DNA of 64,000 bases, from assembly GCF_004522215.1 (NCBI RefSeq), contig NZ_SDLR01000005.1, positions 29,086 through 93,085 on the forward strand, read 5' to 3'. Positions within the stretch are counted from its first letter, which is position 1; the number at the start of each line of letters is the position of its first letter. The position numbers and the translations under genes were made by a program. The notes below the pieces were generated by a model, which saw only the letters and a program-made list of their open reading frames with translations, did no database searches and was not told the origin of the DNA. The stretch is from Ammoniphilus sp. YIM 78166. Its GTDB lineage: Bacteria; Bacillota; Bacilli; Aneurinibacillales; RAOX-1. Of the stretch, positions 1 through 10,046 are shown in pieces.

Positions 1-54
1 ACAATCCACCATTCTAACACTCTAGCGTCACCTCCATCAGATTAGCCACTCCTG

Positions 55-630
55 TTATTTGCGATTAACCTCATGCCTTTCAGAAGACGCTAATATCGTT
101 AATTTTTGAATGTCGTTATCCATTCTGGATAAAATTTCAATGAGATAAAAAAAGAAGCGCACACAAAGTAAAAAACTTCCAATTGGTATGGGCACCATCA
201 ACAGATACTCCGGCCATGGAATGGAATCCAGTTTGACCGTCCCTCTTTGAAAGCTATCGATTGTAATGTTTAGGCTGTACCAAAAAAAGATAGCCATAAC
301 CATTGTACAGATGGTATAAATCATCAAGTTAAGATATTTTATTTTTCCTTTGTTCAAAGAAGAAATTAAAATATCAATCTTAACATGTCCACCAGCTTGA
401 AGAATCCAGGGGATAGAGAAAAATGTCAAATAAACCATCAAGTAAGCGGCAGCATCATTGGTCCATAAAACAGGAAGGCTTAAAAGTTCTCTTCCTATAA
501 CACCGTAAAAAACAACGAAAACAATGAGAAAAAGACTAACGCAAGCGAAAACTAATAAAAACCACTCACAAAAAGTTAGAATTCTATTCATAGAATGCAA
601 CGCTTTATGAAACAGACGATCTTCTCCCAC
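55..630 (-). CDS. dctQ: TRAP transporter small permease subunit (DctQ-like)
   Basis: 191-aa ORF, 4 predicted TM segments, typical TRAP small-permease length; immediately downstream of a TRAP substrate-binding protein gene on the same strand. Confidence 0.75.
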   Translation of the reverse strand: MGEDRLFHKALHSMNRILTFCEWFLLVFACVSLFLIVFVVFYGVIGRELLSLPVLWTNDAAAYLMVYLTFFSIPWILQAGGHVKIDILISSLNKGKIKYLNLMIYTICTMVMAIFFWYSLNITIDSFQRGTVKLDSIPWPEYLLMVPIPIGSFLLCVRFFFYLIEILSRMDNDIQKLTILASSERHEVNRK

Positions 631-727
631 TCATTTACCCCCTTTTTCCCTTTCTCTTCTCCTTACTGTGACGATTACTACCCCAGAATGAAAGCCTGCA
701 TCCTGGGGTTATCAACCCTGTATTTCC

Positions 728-1729
728 TTATTTCCTAAAATATTCGGCTAGCTTTTCCGGATCCTTCACCTTATTCCCCAACCATTTCCAGGAGGCTTCA
801 CGAGCCGTTTCAATGAATTCCTCTGCATTAGATAATGTCACGACCTGAACTCCAGCATTTTTGAGAACTTCTTTTTCTTTTTCAATGAATTCTTTGGTCG
901 CACCTTCTGTCTCGTAATACGTATCAATGGCTGCTTTTTTCAATATATCTTGAAGATCCTTTGGCAATCGGTTGAATTTATCCAAGTTCATCAAGACAAG
1001 TCCATCTAATGTATTAAAAGCAGGTGCTATTTCGTATTTGATTTGGCTTTCCAGACCGCTGCTTGTGATGCCAAGCTCGGCAAAGGCTAAGCCATTAATT
1101 AATCCTTTTTCTAAGGAGGTATAGATCTCCCCTGCTTCCATCGCTATGGCCTCCGCTCCGAATGCCTCAAGAGTCGGGACATAAGTCGCTGTACCTCGAA
1201 TTCTTTTGCCTGATAAATCTTGTGCTGATTTGACTTCATCCTTTAAATACAACTTATACTTAAAGGGGAGAGTTCGTCCTAAGATTAAGGCATTGATATC
1301 CTTATGCAATTCATTTAAGTAATCAAAGCTCCCCCGTTTTAACTCTTCCTCATAAGTCAGTTCGGTAAAGTTGGCGACTAGAACCTCAGGGACAAGTTCA
1401 GCATAATAGGAACCATAGATCCAGGAAATATCAATTGCGCCTGATCGAACAGCCTCTCCCTGCTTAAAACCTGGAATGGCTTCAGGCCCGCCAATATAAT
1501 TGATCTTTAATCTGCCATCACTATAGGATTCTACTTTTTCTTTAAATATCGGAATCCCTTGCATTTGAATATGGCCTCCATCAATGGAAGAGGCAAGATT
1601 TAAAGTGAACACCTCATCTTTATTGCTGCTATCAGATACGGATGTGCCCGTTTGTTGATTGCATGCAGCAAGAGCGATCAACAGCACAATAGAAAGGATG
1701 ACCCGACTCATTACTTTCTTTGTTTTCAT
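728..1729 (-). CDS. dctP: TRAP transporter substrate-binding protein (DctP family), lipoprotein
   Basis: 333 aa; N-terminal signal peptide with lipobox LAAC; DctP-family length and composition; sigma-54 promoter upstream. Confidence 0.8.
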   Translation of the reverse strand: MKTKKVMSRVILSIVLLIALAACNQQTGTSVSDSSNKDEVFTLNLASSIDGGHIQMQGIPIFKEKVESYSDGRLKINYIGGPEAIPGFKQGEAVRSGAIDISWIYGSYYAELVPEVLVANFTELTYEEELKRGSFDYLNELHKDINALILGRTLPFKYKLYLKDEVKSAQDLSGKRIRGTATYVPTLEAFGAEAIAMEAGEIYTSLEKGLINGLAFAELGITSSGLESQIKYEIAPAFNTLDGLVLMNLDKFNRLPKDLQDILKKAAIDTYYETEGATKEFIEKEKEVLKNAGVQVVTLSNAEEFIETAREASWKWLGNKVKDPEKLAEYFRK

Positions 1730-1878
1730 TTTTTCAATCCCCTTTATATTGTTAATCAGCTTTTAAGACGAGTGCAGAATTCAACGCCTCATTTACAACC
1801 CCTTTCTAACGTGATCTTTTAAATTCGCAAGCGCTGTCATTCTCAACATCGATGTCGTCTTCTCACACCAATATTAAA

Positions 1879-1894
1879 GCAATTTCTATGCCAA
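1879..1894 (-). promoter_or_regulatory. sigma-54 (-24/-12) promoter driving dctP
   Basis: minus-strand sequence TTGGCATAGAAATTGC = TGGCAT-N5-TTGC, exact GG/GC spacing of the sigma-54 consensus TGGCACG-N4-TTGCW; about 150 bp upstream of dctP start and adjacent to a sigma-54 activator gene. Confidence 0.6.
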
Positions 1895-1917
1895 TAATTA
1901 TTCACGAGATTTCCCTA

Positions 1918-1963
1918 GTCCGTTCAGATATTAAACACTTCAATGTTTAATATCTGAACGGAC
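1918..1963. promoter_or_regulatory. 46-bp perfect palindrome (20-nt arms, 6-nt spacer): putative enhancer-binding-protein UAS (also sits 23 bp after the activator stop codon)
   Basis: gtccgttcagatattaaaca-cttcaa-tgtttaatatctgaacggac; lies ~50 bp upstream of the -24 element; no U-tract on either side so not a classical terminator. Confidence 0.5.
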
Positions 1964-1987
1964 ACCCAAACGTTGTTTAAATTTTGA

Positions 1988-3970
1988 TCATCGGAGATAT
2001 TTCCATAATGTAGTTCTACTAACACCTAATTTGAGTGCTAATTCGGTTTTTGTATAATCCATCTTTTCCATCATCTGTCTTACTAAATTGCGCTGCATTT
2101 CTTCCATTGTCCCGATAGACACTTTCAGTATATGGGGATCATCATAATTTAAATTTGACTGGTCCACTCTGGTTTTTACATTCAGGGATTGGGTTTGGTC
2201 GCTTTTCAAGTAACTAGAGTGTTTTAAATAAGTCCTTCCGAATTCATCTTCTAATATTTCTCTTAATATTTCGGAAAATGGATCCGAATGATCTGCCATG
2301 ATTAAGCATCGCTCGATCATATTCTCCAGCTGCCTCAGGTTCCCAGGCCAATCAAACGAGCATAGCTGATTTATAACGGAAGTATCTAGCGGAATATTAT
2401 ATTTTCCATACTTCATCGAATATTTTCTGACCATATAAGAAACCAGGAGTGGTATATCCTCTTTTCTCTCCCTTAAGGGGGGGATGGCTAAAACTAAAAC
2501 TTCCAATCGATAGTACAGGTCTGCTCTAAACTTCTCTTTCTTAATTAAATCATGAATATCATCATTGACGGCAGCAATGACCCTCACATCGATAGGAATA
2601 TTGCGCTGTCCTCCAATCCGACGGATCTCTCTTTCCTGAATGACCCGAAGCAGCTTATCCTGAAGATCCATAGAAACCTTTCCAATCTCATCAAGGAAAA
2701 TGGTCCCCCCATGAGCCACCTCAAACAATCCTGGTTTCCCCTGTTTTTGTCCTCCTGTGAACATTCCTGGTTCATATCCAAATAGTTCACTTTCAAGCAG
2801 CGTATCCGTTAACGCAGCACAGTTAACGGCGACAAATGGTCCATTTTTTCTCATCGGATGTGCGTTATGAAGGCTTTGTGCCATCAGTTCTTTTCCAGTC
2901 CCGCTTTCACCGATAATTAGAGCATTGCAGTCAACATGAGAATATTTTTTTGCTTTTTCAATTAATCTTTCCATGGATGCACTGCTGTGCAGGATATCAT
3001 CAAACGTATATTTGGCCACTAATCCCTTGGAATATAATTCACGCCGGATTCGCTGTTCGGACTCTTGAATCTGAGTCACATCCCGAAACGTAACAATGAT
3101 TCCTTTTTTCTCTCCCGTAACCATGTAAGAAGCTCGGTTGACCAAAAACTTGCTGCCGGATATTTCATGTATTTCTTCCATATTGTTCGCGGGGCCACTG
3201 AACAGCTTTGCCAGTGTGGGTAAGATATCCTTATCCGTCAAGGACATATTTAAGATTTGAGAAGCCTGAATGCCAAATAACTGAGCAGCCTTGGGATTGA
3301 ACACTACGATCTGATTCCGTTCATTCACGGCTATGATTCCCTCATGAGAAAGATCAATAACGGTTCTAATAAATTCAGATGTCTCTTTTTCCTTCGCTCT
3401 GGTGTATAGAATATCAGAGACTCTTATTAAAGCCTGTTCAATCGTCGTTATGCCAGGAATTAAAGAAATATGCTTCATTCCTCGTTCCGCACACATCTTT
3501 TGGCCACGTATGCCTCCGCCGATCATAAGCTCTATTCCGTCATATTTTGCACGATCCACTTGATAGTCAAAGTCAAGCGTATCCTCATAAAAATAATACC
3601 TCACACTCATTTCTAAGATTTCGTTGAGGTGGTCCAATTTAAATCTCATTTCCTCTTCTTTGGACCACAGCAATCCAATCTTTTTTTTCCCCGTCATCTT
3701 CGCTTCATTCAGAACCCGTATGACGTCGAATTCCGTTGCCTCTGCCTTAATCAGCTTCACGCTGGGAAATTCTTTTTCTAAAAGTTTTGCCGTAGCCCCT
3801 CTGCTAATCAGGATGGTATGAACATCTTTCTGAATAAAGGGTCTGACGAGATCTACAGCCTCATTTAATGCGGACTCAAGGATCGTCATTTCCAGATTGA
3901 TTTGTTTAGATACTTCTGAAGCCATGACCGTAATTTCATTATAAGGTGATGTGAAAATAACCGTTGACAA
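1988..3970 (-). CDS. sigma-54-dependent transcriptional activator (PrpR-like N-terminal domain, PAS, AAA+ sigma-54 interaction domain, C-terminal Fis-type HTH)
   Basis: 660 aa; GESGTGKELMAQSLH Walker A, ESELFGYE (GAFTGA-type region), C-terminal HTH TLWKYLR; adjacent sigma-54 promoter. Confidence 0.9.
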   Translation of the reverse strand: MSTVIFTSPYNEITVMASEVSKQINLEMTILESALNEAVDLVRPFIQKDVHTILISRGATAKLLEKEFPSVKLIKAEATEFDVIRVLNEAKMTGKKKIGLLWSKEEEMRFKLDHLNEILEMSVRYYFYEDTLDFDYQVDRAKYDGIELMIGGGIRGQKMCAERGMKHISLIPGITTIEQALIRVSDILYTRAKEKETSEFIRTVIDLSHEGIIAVNERNQIVVFNPKAAQLFGIQASQILNMSLTDKDILPTLAKLFSGPANNMEEIHEISGSKFLVNRASYMVTGEKKGIIVTFRDVTQIQESEQRIRRELYSKGLVAKYTFDDILHSSASMERLIEKAKKYSHVDCNALIIGESGTGKELMAQSLHNAHPMRKNGPFVAVNCAALTDTLLESELFGYEPGMFTGGQKQGKPGLFEVAHGGTIFLDEIGKVSMDLQDKLLRVIQEREIRRIGGQRNIPIDVRVIAAVNDDIHDLIKKEKFRADLYYRLEVLVLAIPPLRERKEDIPLLVSYMVRKYSMKYGKYNIPLDTSVINQLCSFDWPGNLRQLENMIERCLIMADHSDPFSEILREILEDEFGRTYLKHSSYLKSDQTQSLNVKTRVDQSNLNYDDPHILKVSIGTMEEMQRNLVRQMMEKMDYTKTELALKLGVSRTTLWKYLR

Positions 3971-4768
3971 GTTGATTCCTCCTTATCAATCTTTTCATCA
4001 TTTTCTATGGGTTAGTGATTTTTTAACCTAGGTGCATGAGGGAGCAATACAATTGGATCTTTGGTTCGTTCGCAAAATGTGCAAAGTTGAACAAACTTCT
4101 CTAGCACATACAGACATTTACTTACACTATCAGAAAAATAATTTCGACCGGAAAAAAGGATACTTCCTTTTCTGATTCCGTAGTTGCATAAGTTACATCA
4201 ATTCTCGATGTGCACGAATTTAAAAGACACCCCTTGGGTTACTGCGACAATCCATAAGGGCGGTCATCGAATGATACCAAATGAAATTCGTTTTCAAGAA
4301 TAGAATGAACTAGTTTATTCCAAACCAATCTACATTGGTTAAAACCTTGGATAAATAAGAGTGTCTTCCGTTTAGGTTCCCTGTTTCTTCCACGCAAATA
4401 TGGGTTCACCCGCCACCTTCAACAAAATATCGCTTTACTAATTAACAATTATTCATTGTATCTTCTTCATCTTTTTTGTTTTTGGTAAATTATATACATT
4501 TTGAATTATACAACTTAATTTATTAAGTGTAAACATAAGTGAATCTATCAGTGAAATACTATTTGTTCGATCAAGAGTGGAGAAACTGTGGTCAAGATTG
4601 GGGAGTTTCTTATATCCTAGGACTAAGCAGAAGGGATGGACTCAAGAGATTATTTCGCCAGCCATGCGTTCGCCTTCTGGGCGATATCGCTGATTTGGTT
4701 CGCTACGCCCTGCCAGTCAATATCCTTGATCTTTTTTAATAGATCCACAAGAGATGTCAGTTGTTCGT

Positions 4769-5002
4769 CTAAAGAGACTCTTTTTTAATTTCATGGTCTG
4801 CCCCTAAATGCTCTAGGCGCTTTAACTCCTCCTCGATGTTCGTGACACGGAAAGCCAAATGATTAACGAGCCCTTCAGAACTCTCGATGGATGGACCGCA
4901 GACGAGGTCCACTTCAACCTCCGGAGACTCCTCGAAATAAAGAAAGCATTGGTAAGTTAAGTGGAAGGATCTCCATCCCGCCAATAGGGGTTCACTTTCC
5001 AC
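4769..5002 (-). pseudogene. VOC/glyoxalase-family fragment
   Basis: 77-aa ORF with VNHLAFRVTNIEEELKRLEHLGA motif typical of VOC domain C-terminus; no complete gene; surrounded by decayed sequence. Confidence 0.3.
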
Positions 5003-5093
5003 AAGCGGTAAATATGCGTAACAATTACTTTCCCCACGGCATAGATCAGGATAGCGAGGATCATTCCCACAATACCTGCGAATGGTCCTGCAG

Positions 5094-5175
5094 TGTTCGC
5101 CAACGGCAAAGCGCTCCGCACTTTACCTTGTAAAAGGGGTCAGACCTACCTGAGGGGGTATCCCCCGAAGCAAGT
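5094..5175 (+). repeat. ~80-bp three-hairpin intergenic repeat, copy R1 (full)
   Basis: cgccaacggcaaagcgctccgcactttaccttgtaaaaggggtcagacctacctgagggggtatcccccgaag; near-identical to copies at 12191-12275 and 59664-59742. Confidence 0.8.
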
Positions 5176-5703
5176 AAGGGTTGAAAGTAAGATGGAAGCC
5201 TTGACCTCCTCGATTGCCGAGATGACGCAAGCGATTCATGGATGGCAGAAGGTGACTTAGCTGGTGGAGACCCTAACTGAATAAACAAATATAACCCTAC
5301 CCAACACAATATGATGGATAGGGTTTTTAGCTTTTAAGAATAAATTCAGACAAATACTAAAATGTATCTTCTTCCCCTACTTTTTTGCGTTTAAAATGAA
5401 TGTACAAAAATAGGAGGTTATCCATTATGCTTTGATAGAACAGGTCCAGTCAGCATTTCCATTCTAACTTCTAGTAAAACTTTTCGATTACGGGCCTCGC
5501 CCTCGCCCCATTAGCATCTTCCCTGCGCTCCGCTAAACAATCTCTCATTTTAGCTCATCATATTTTCTCACATTCCCAATCCAACGAAAGATTCTCCCTA
5601 ACTACAATCTTCGTTATTTATTTTGAATACGTGTAATTATACGTGTTAATATGTATAATATAAGAAGGAGCGGACAAATGAAGGCATATTCTTCAGTGAA
5701 CTA

Positions 5704-5847
5704 ATGAAGCTAGTTCGGGTAAAAGGTGATCACTACCAGTTCAAACACCCAACGAAGCCTGGACTAGTTACCATCCCTCATCCCCAAAAGGACTTTCCCC
5801 TTAGAACACAGAGAAGTATCTTAAAACAACCTGGAATTCAGGGATAG
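5704..5847 (+). CDS. hicA: HicA-family toxin, N-terminally truncated (47 aa; probable pseudogene)
   Basis: MKLVRVKGDHYQFKHPTKPGLVTIPHPQKDFPLRTQRSILKQPGIQG matches HicA C-terminal consensus (LVR.KGSH..KHP...VT.PHP.KDL..T..SILKQAG); an upstream in-frame-shifted ATG at 5678 gives MKAYSSVN-stop, so the first helix appears deleted; sigma-A-like promoter TTGAAT-17-TATAAT region upstream. Confidence 0.5.
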   Translation: MKLVRVKGDHYQFKHPTKPGLVTIPHPQKDFPLRTQRSILKQPGIQG

Positions 5848-5895
5848 ATTTTTTTCAAGAATGTCAATTTATAGTAACACTGGAGGGTTGTTTAT

Positions 5896-6297
5896 ATGAA
5901 GGATCGATACATTTTTCCCGCATTATTGGCGTATGCCGAGGATGGAATCTCTGTAGAGTTTCCGGATCTGCCAGGATGCCTGACCTACGGAGACTCGGAA
6001 GAAGAAGTACTAAGAAAGGCTAAGGAAGCAATGGCTCTTCACCTATACGGTATGGAGCAAGAAGGCGAGTCGATTCCAGAACCTTCAAAATTCAAACTCA
6101 TTGCAACAGAAAATAATCAGGCCGTATTACTCGTAGAAGTATGGATGCCTCCATTTCGTCACGAAATGGAAAACAAAGCCGTAAAGAAAACATTGACCAT
6201 TCCAAAGTGGCTTGATGATTTAGCCCAAGAAAACAACGTAAATTTTTCCCATATACTACAGGATGCTTTGAAGAAGTATCTTGGAGTGAAGGATTAA
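5896..6297 (+). CDS. hicB: HicB-family antitoxin
   Basis: 133 aa; N-terminal HicB/UPF0150 fold pattern (ISVEFPDLPGCLTYGDSEEEVLRKAKEAMALHL) and C-terminal DNA-binding tail; RBS GGAGGG 8 nt upstream; directly follows hicA remnant. Confidence 0.8.
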   Translation: MKDRYIFPALLAYAEDGISVEFPDLPGCLTYGDSEEEVLRKAKEAMALHLYGMEQEGESIPEPSKFKLIATENNQAVLLVEVWMPPFRHEMENKAVKKTLTIPKWLDDLAQENNVNFSHILQDALKKYLGVKD

Positions 6298-6534
6298 TCT
6301 TCTTAGGGCAAAGAATTTGCCTATACAAGGTTGGTTACTGATTCCAAGATGCATATCTTCGGTAGTCCCATATTCCCAGGTAAGCGGAAGCGATTTCCGA
6401 ATTCCTGCATTATTTAACGGAAAGAGGGACAGTCCTCTTTTATAAGTTTATACAATAAGTGGAAATACTCTAGCAAGATAAGTATGTGAAGACGCTATCC
6501 ACTAAAGCCTACCTTCTATTATTTTTGCATGCCC

Positions 6535-6573
6535 TGTTCGTCAACAGCAAAGTGCTCCACACGTTACTTTATG
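6535..6573 (+). repeat. three-hairpin repeat, copy R2 (5' half, degenerate)
   Basis: tgttcgtcaacagcaaagtgctccacacgttacttt aligns with 5' half of the repeat consensus. Confidence 0.5.
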
Positions 6574-7011
6574 ATGAGGGATTGTTCCTCATTCTGCTGC
6601 TACATCCATGATGGATGCGATGTCAAACAACTGACCAATAGTAACAACAGCATCCATTTGAGTTTTCACGGAAGCAGATGAAGCAGGTACATCAAGCTAT
6701 AGTGTCTTGCCATCAGGCTTGTTGAAATACAGAAAATCACGGATTCGTTCTGTTCACGAACTTCCTTTCGTTAGAGGTCAACTGAGGTTAAGTCTGGGGA
6801 AGCGTATTTTCTTTGAGTTTTTGGCAGTGGCGACATAACGGAGAAATAAAAAATGCTCCCAAAAGTAAGGGAAGTTGCTAGACGCAATGATTTCGAATGA
6901 TATCAACAAGAGTATCGAATGCATATTGTTTGTTTACCATGTGAACAGTGAAATCTTCTGCCTTTGGCTGAGTCATGACGAGCTTTTTGCCATTCATCTG
7001 GAGAAACACGA

Positions 7012-7260
7012 CTAGGGCAGTAAAAGCAGTTCGTTTTTAGCGTTCTGAAAAGGATGATTCTGGCCGAGGGATTCAAACAAGGCTGCAGCCTTACTGAATA
7101 GATCTGCATAAGCATCCTCTCCGAAAACGGACTGCTGGGGTCGCATCACTGCAGAGTTTAATTCATTTCGACTTTTGACGCCAATCATTTCTCCAGGACT
7201 ATATAATTCAATGAGACGACGATTTATCTTTTCGATTTCACTTTCCGTAAGATATCTCAT
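7012..7260 (-). pseudogene. Doc/Fic-family (death-on-curing-like) toxin remnant, truncated and active-site degenerate
   Basis: 82 aa aligns with Doc N-terminus (RPQQSVFGEDAYADLFSKAAALFESLGQNHPF) but the Fic motif HPFxDGNKR is replaced by HPFQNAKNE and the ORF stops immediately after; start overlaps upstream ORF stop (ATGA). Confidence 0.5.
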
Positions 7261-7571
7261 CTCTTAACCAAATTCTTAATCGTTTCTTCATAGTTATCTA
7301 GCACATAATCGAAGGCCTGATCTAAGGCAGGATCCTCAAATAGTCTGTCATTCGAGTTATGGTTTTTCTTTTCATCCATCATACTGGGTGTTGAAAGACG
7401 GTCCTCAGCGACAAAGTCAACTCCAGGGCTGGCCACCATTCGACGGAGCATGTTGTACGCTAACAGTATATCGTGTTCAGAGAGTCTGTCTACAAGATAG
7501 TGGAGCTGTTCTTTGCCAATCTGGATTGGCTTTTCTTTACGTACAACCTTTTTTGTCATTTCTACTAACAC
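7257..7571 (-). CDS. 104-aa ORF upstream of and translationally coupled to the Doc-like remnant; possible antitoxin (position only)
   Basis: 104-aa ORF, 4-nt overlap with the Doc-like remnant in the order expected of an antitoxin-toxin operon; family not recognised from sequence. Confidence 0.35.
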   Translation of the reverse strand: MLVEMTKKVVRKEKPIQIGKEQLHYLVDRLSEHDILLAYNMLRRMVASPGVDFVAEDRLSTPSMMDEKKNHNSNDRLFEDPALDQAFDYVLDNYEETIKNLVKR

Positions 7572-7696
7572 ACCTCCATTTCATATAAACAATCATACTA
7601 ATTTATACTTTACTCTCAAGGAATGAACTGAATGATCTAACGTAGATTGAGGGAAAACACTTGATGACAGTGTGAGTAGTACGGTTCATGCCGGCT

Positions 7697-7728
7697 TCTG
7701 GGATACCCCCCAGGTAGGGGTCTGACCT
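7697..7728 (-). repeat. three-hairpin repeat, copy R3a (3' half, inverted orientation)
   Basis: reverse complement ggtcagacccctacctggggggtatccc matches hairpins 2-3 of the repeat. Confidence 0.5.
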
Positions 7729-7770
7729 CAATGTCATCAAGCTATACTACCAATAAATTTGGTTGTGACA

Positions 7771-7803
7771 GTCAACGGCAAACTACTCCACACTTTACCG
7801 TTA
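7771..7803 (+). repeat. three-hairpin repeat, copy R3b (5' half)
   Basis: gtcaacggcaaactactccacactttaccgtt aligns with 5' half. Confidence 0.45.
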
Positions 7804-8001
7804 GCGGATCAAATAAATGAAAAGAGTATTCATAAATAACGATTACCCTTTAACAGCTTCACGTGGAGTGAGGGACAGTTCCTTGTCGCAAAGTAAAGCG
7901 CGAAGCGCTTTACGATTACGAACAGAAAGCTCCTCGTTTCATTCGTTTTGTTTAATTGCGGCTGTCTTCCTCCCATTGAAATGGCGGGCTTGTATCGTGG
8001 T

Positions 8002-8640
8002 CTAGGACCTGCCCTCCATCAGCTTCACCCGGAAGAGGATGACTCGGTCATACTCAAGGAATTCTGAAGGAAGCTCACCCGTTTCGTCATACTGAGTGAC
8101 GAGCTGTTCTCGAAAGATGATACCCTGTTTGTTGTCCTCTAAAACGGCCATGACCGTGAGCGGTTGATTAAGCTTTATTGGTTTAGACATACTGAGCTGA
8201 TGGGTGACACTCCCTCCACGAGAGCCCTTGAAAATGACGTCTTTTTCGGTGGCGCCGATACTCCCTCCATCGATTACGGATGCCCTCATGCGAAGCCAAT
8301 GCTCTTTTTCATCTTCTTGTTCTTTCCAATCATAAGCAAACAGCAACTGACTTTTTTTTCTAATTTCCATCCCCATATCCAGTTCTTGCTCTTGTTTGAC
8401 CCCTTTTTCAAACCTTTCTACAAATGCATACATCGTCGTTACCAGCTCGGTATTTTTGTCGACATCTAATACCTTTACCTGATCAAGCATTAAGCCCGTT
8501 ATAATGCGCTTCGTTTCATCAGACAGGGAGGCTGGCGCGATGGTTGCCACGTGCTCTGGATTGGGTTGTTGCTGACAACCCAGCGTAAACATGAGAAGGA
8601 ATCCCGTGATAATGGGTCTCAGAAAGTTCTTCATTACCAT
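8002..8640 (-). CDS. hypothetical lipoprotein
   Basis: 212 aa; signal peptide with lipobox FTLGC; no recognisable catalytic motifs. Confidence 0.55.
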   Translation of the reverse strand: MVMKNFLRPIITGFLLMFTLGCQQQPNPEHVATIAPASLSDETKRIITGLMLDQVKVLDVDKNTELVTTMYAFVERFEKGVKQEQELDMGMEIRKKSQLLFAYDWKEQEDEKEHWLRMRASVIDGGSIGATEKDVIFKGSRGGSVTHQLSMSKPIKLNQPLTVMAVLEDNKQGIIFREQLVTQYDETGELPSEFLEYDRVILFRVKLMEGRS

Positions 8641-8821
8641 TCTCCTATCGTAATTAATGATACCTCTTGTATAGACGTTCCAGGAATGGAAGAAGTTTCA
8701 CCCACGACTTTTCAGCGCCGCTGTAATCCCACTTTGTGCTCGTCACCACGAAACAACTGTGGGATGAATCTCCGTATGGAGCCATTCTCTGAGTTAAACG
8801 TTTATTTGGCTTCGAAACGGT

Positions 8822-9010
8822 AAGGAGGCTGCGCGCCGCGTTTCGTTACCGCTAGAGATACTACCCTCTGAGCATAATCAATAGCCTTTTCAAACCCGGA
8901 GCCTTCCGCCCATGCTACCCCTATCCCGGCATTAAACGCATCGCCGGCTGCGGTGGTATCCACTCTTTGACTGGATGCGCAGGTGGATGCCGGACCTGCC
9001 CTGCTTCATA
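8822..9010 (-). pseudogene. PfkB/ribokinase-family carbohydrate kinase C-terminal fragment
   Basis: minus-strand translation ...VDTTAAGDAFNAGIGVAWAEGSGFEKAIDYAQRVVSLAVTKRGAQPP carries the PfkB signature-2 (DTTGAGDAF-like) but only ~55 codons remain. Confidence 0.4.
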
Positions 9011-9274
9011 ATAGCTGACTCCTTTCCGTTGTCTCGCAGCGTTCAGCCCGTTCCCTAGCTAGGATACCCGGGTTGGATTGTATAAGAGATATGATTCTTA
9101 GAAGGCGGATGAGTTTTTCTGACAAGGGAGGTACTCTTTCCTATTACCAAATAACGGAAAAATTCTAGAGGGAGGGTGGGGGATCCTTTTTTGTGTGGAA
9201 AAGAAAAAAAAAACTGCAGGTGGCAGGTCGTGGGAGAATAGAGCCTATACACAAGCCCTTTCGACTACTTTCGG

Positions 9275-9320
9275 CTGGGGTCAGACATTCTACCTGAGCG
9301 GGTATACCCCGAAGCGGGCA
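9275..9320 (+). repeat. three-hairpin repeat, copy R4 (3' half)
   Basis: ctggggtcagacattctacctgagcgggtataccccgaagcgggca. Confidence 0.55.
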
Positions 9321-9827
9321 CTGCTCCAAGTCAGGCAGGGCCATGCTATACTTAGCGGTTTCGTCGTCCCTTCTTTGAAGCGTCTCTCCTAATACAGAAA
9401 GGAAGTAGTTCACCCTCATTGGCTGAAGAGATCCTGGAACTTTTACTTCGATGATCTACCTCTTATTTTCTTTGGTTGCGTCAATGTCAATGCCTCTTGC
9501 CCGCTCCCACGCTACCTTGGTTACCGACCCTTGACTGGCCAAATCGTTGACAGTGCACTCATATTGTTTTCTTGATTTATATGAACCTTTGGAGGTTCTT
9601 TTTTCGGTCATTCTAATGTTCTAGCTTAAAATTACCAATCAAGCCGTATGGTCTCTTTTTTCGAGATAAGAACCCATTGGCAGCTAATGACCTGCATACT
9701 GATTAACCTCTAGTTGTGGGGCAGGTGAACCTAGTAGTTCGTTGTTACTTCTCGATCTGTAAGAACGTTCATTTCTTTTAACAATTCAAGTATTCTTTCT
9801 CTTAATGTGGACAAGGATCCCAACCTC

Positions 9828-10046
9828 CTACGAACACGAACAATTGATAAGGTCGTAATTCGAATACCTAGATTCATAATGTTCCACGGCACCTTCTAAA
9901 CTTTGAAAAGATAACCATCCACCGTCTCTTTTGATCTCACCATCCCCTTTATAGGTGGTTTCTTTTTTTCCCTTTACAAATCGGCACTGAGAAAGGTGAA
10001 GTGTGCATCTTTTTGTTGGCTTATCTACGTTCATCCAAAGCATCAA
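9828..10046 (-). CDS. small hypothetical protein (72 aa)
   Basis: strong RBS GAGGAGGG 8 nt upstream of ATG; KGDGEIKRDGGW motif; no family assignment. Confidence 0.4.
   Translation of the reverse strand: MMLWMNVDKPTKRCTLHLSQCRFVKGKKETTYKGDGEIKRDGGWLSFQSLEGAVEHYESRYSNYDLINCSCS

Noticed and set aside
2552-3821. ORFs 2552-2785(+), 2584-2796(-) and 3624-3821(+) inside the sigma-54 activator gene
   Set aside because: They lie fully within and mostly antisense to a 660-aa gene with strong domain signatures. They have no RBS or motifs and are shadow ORFs.
4539-5309. Short ORFs (66-82 aa) in the 4.5-5.3 kb region
   Set aside because: They overlap one another and a repeat copy. Only the VOC-like fragment has any family resemblance. 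The region is read as decayed DNA.
9055-9419. Three overlapping 65-84-aa ORFs
   Set aside because: They are mutually overlapping on both strands, span a repeat copy and have no RBS or motifs.
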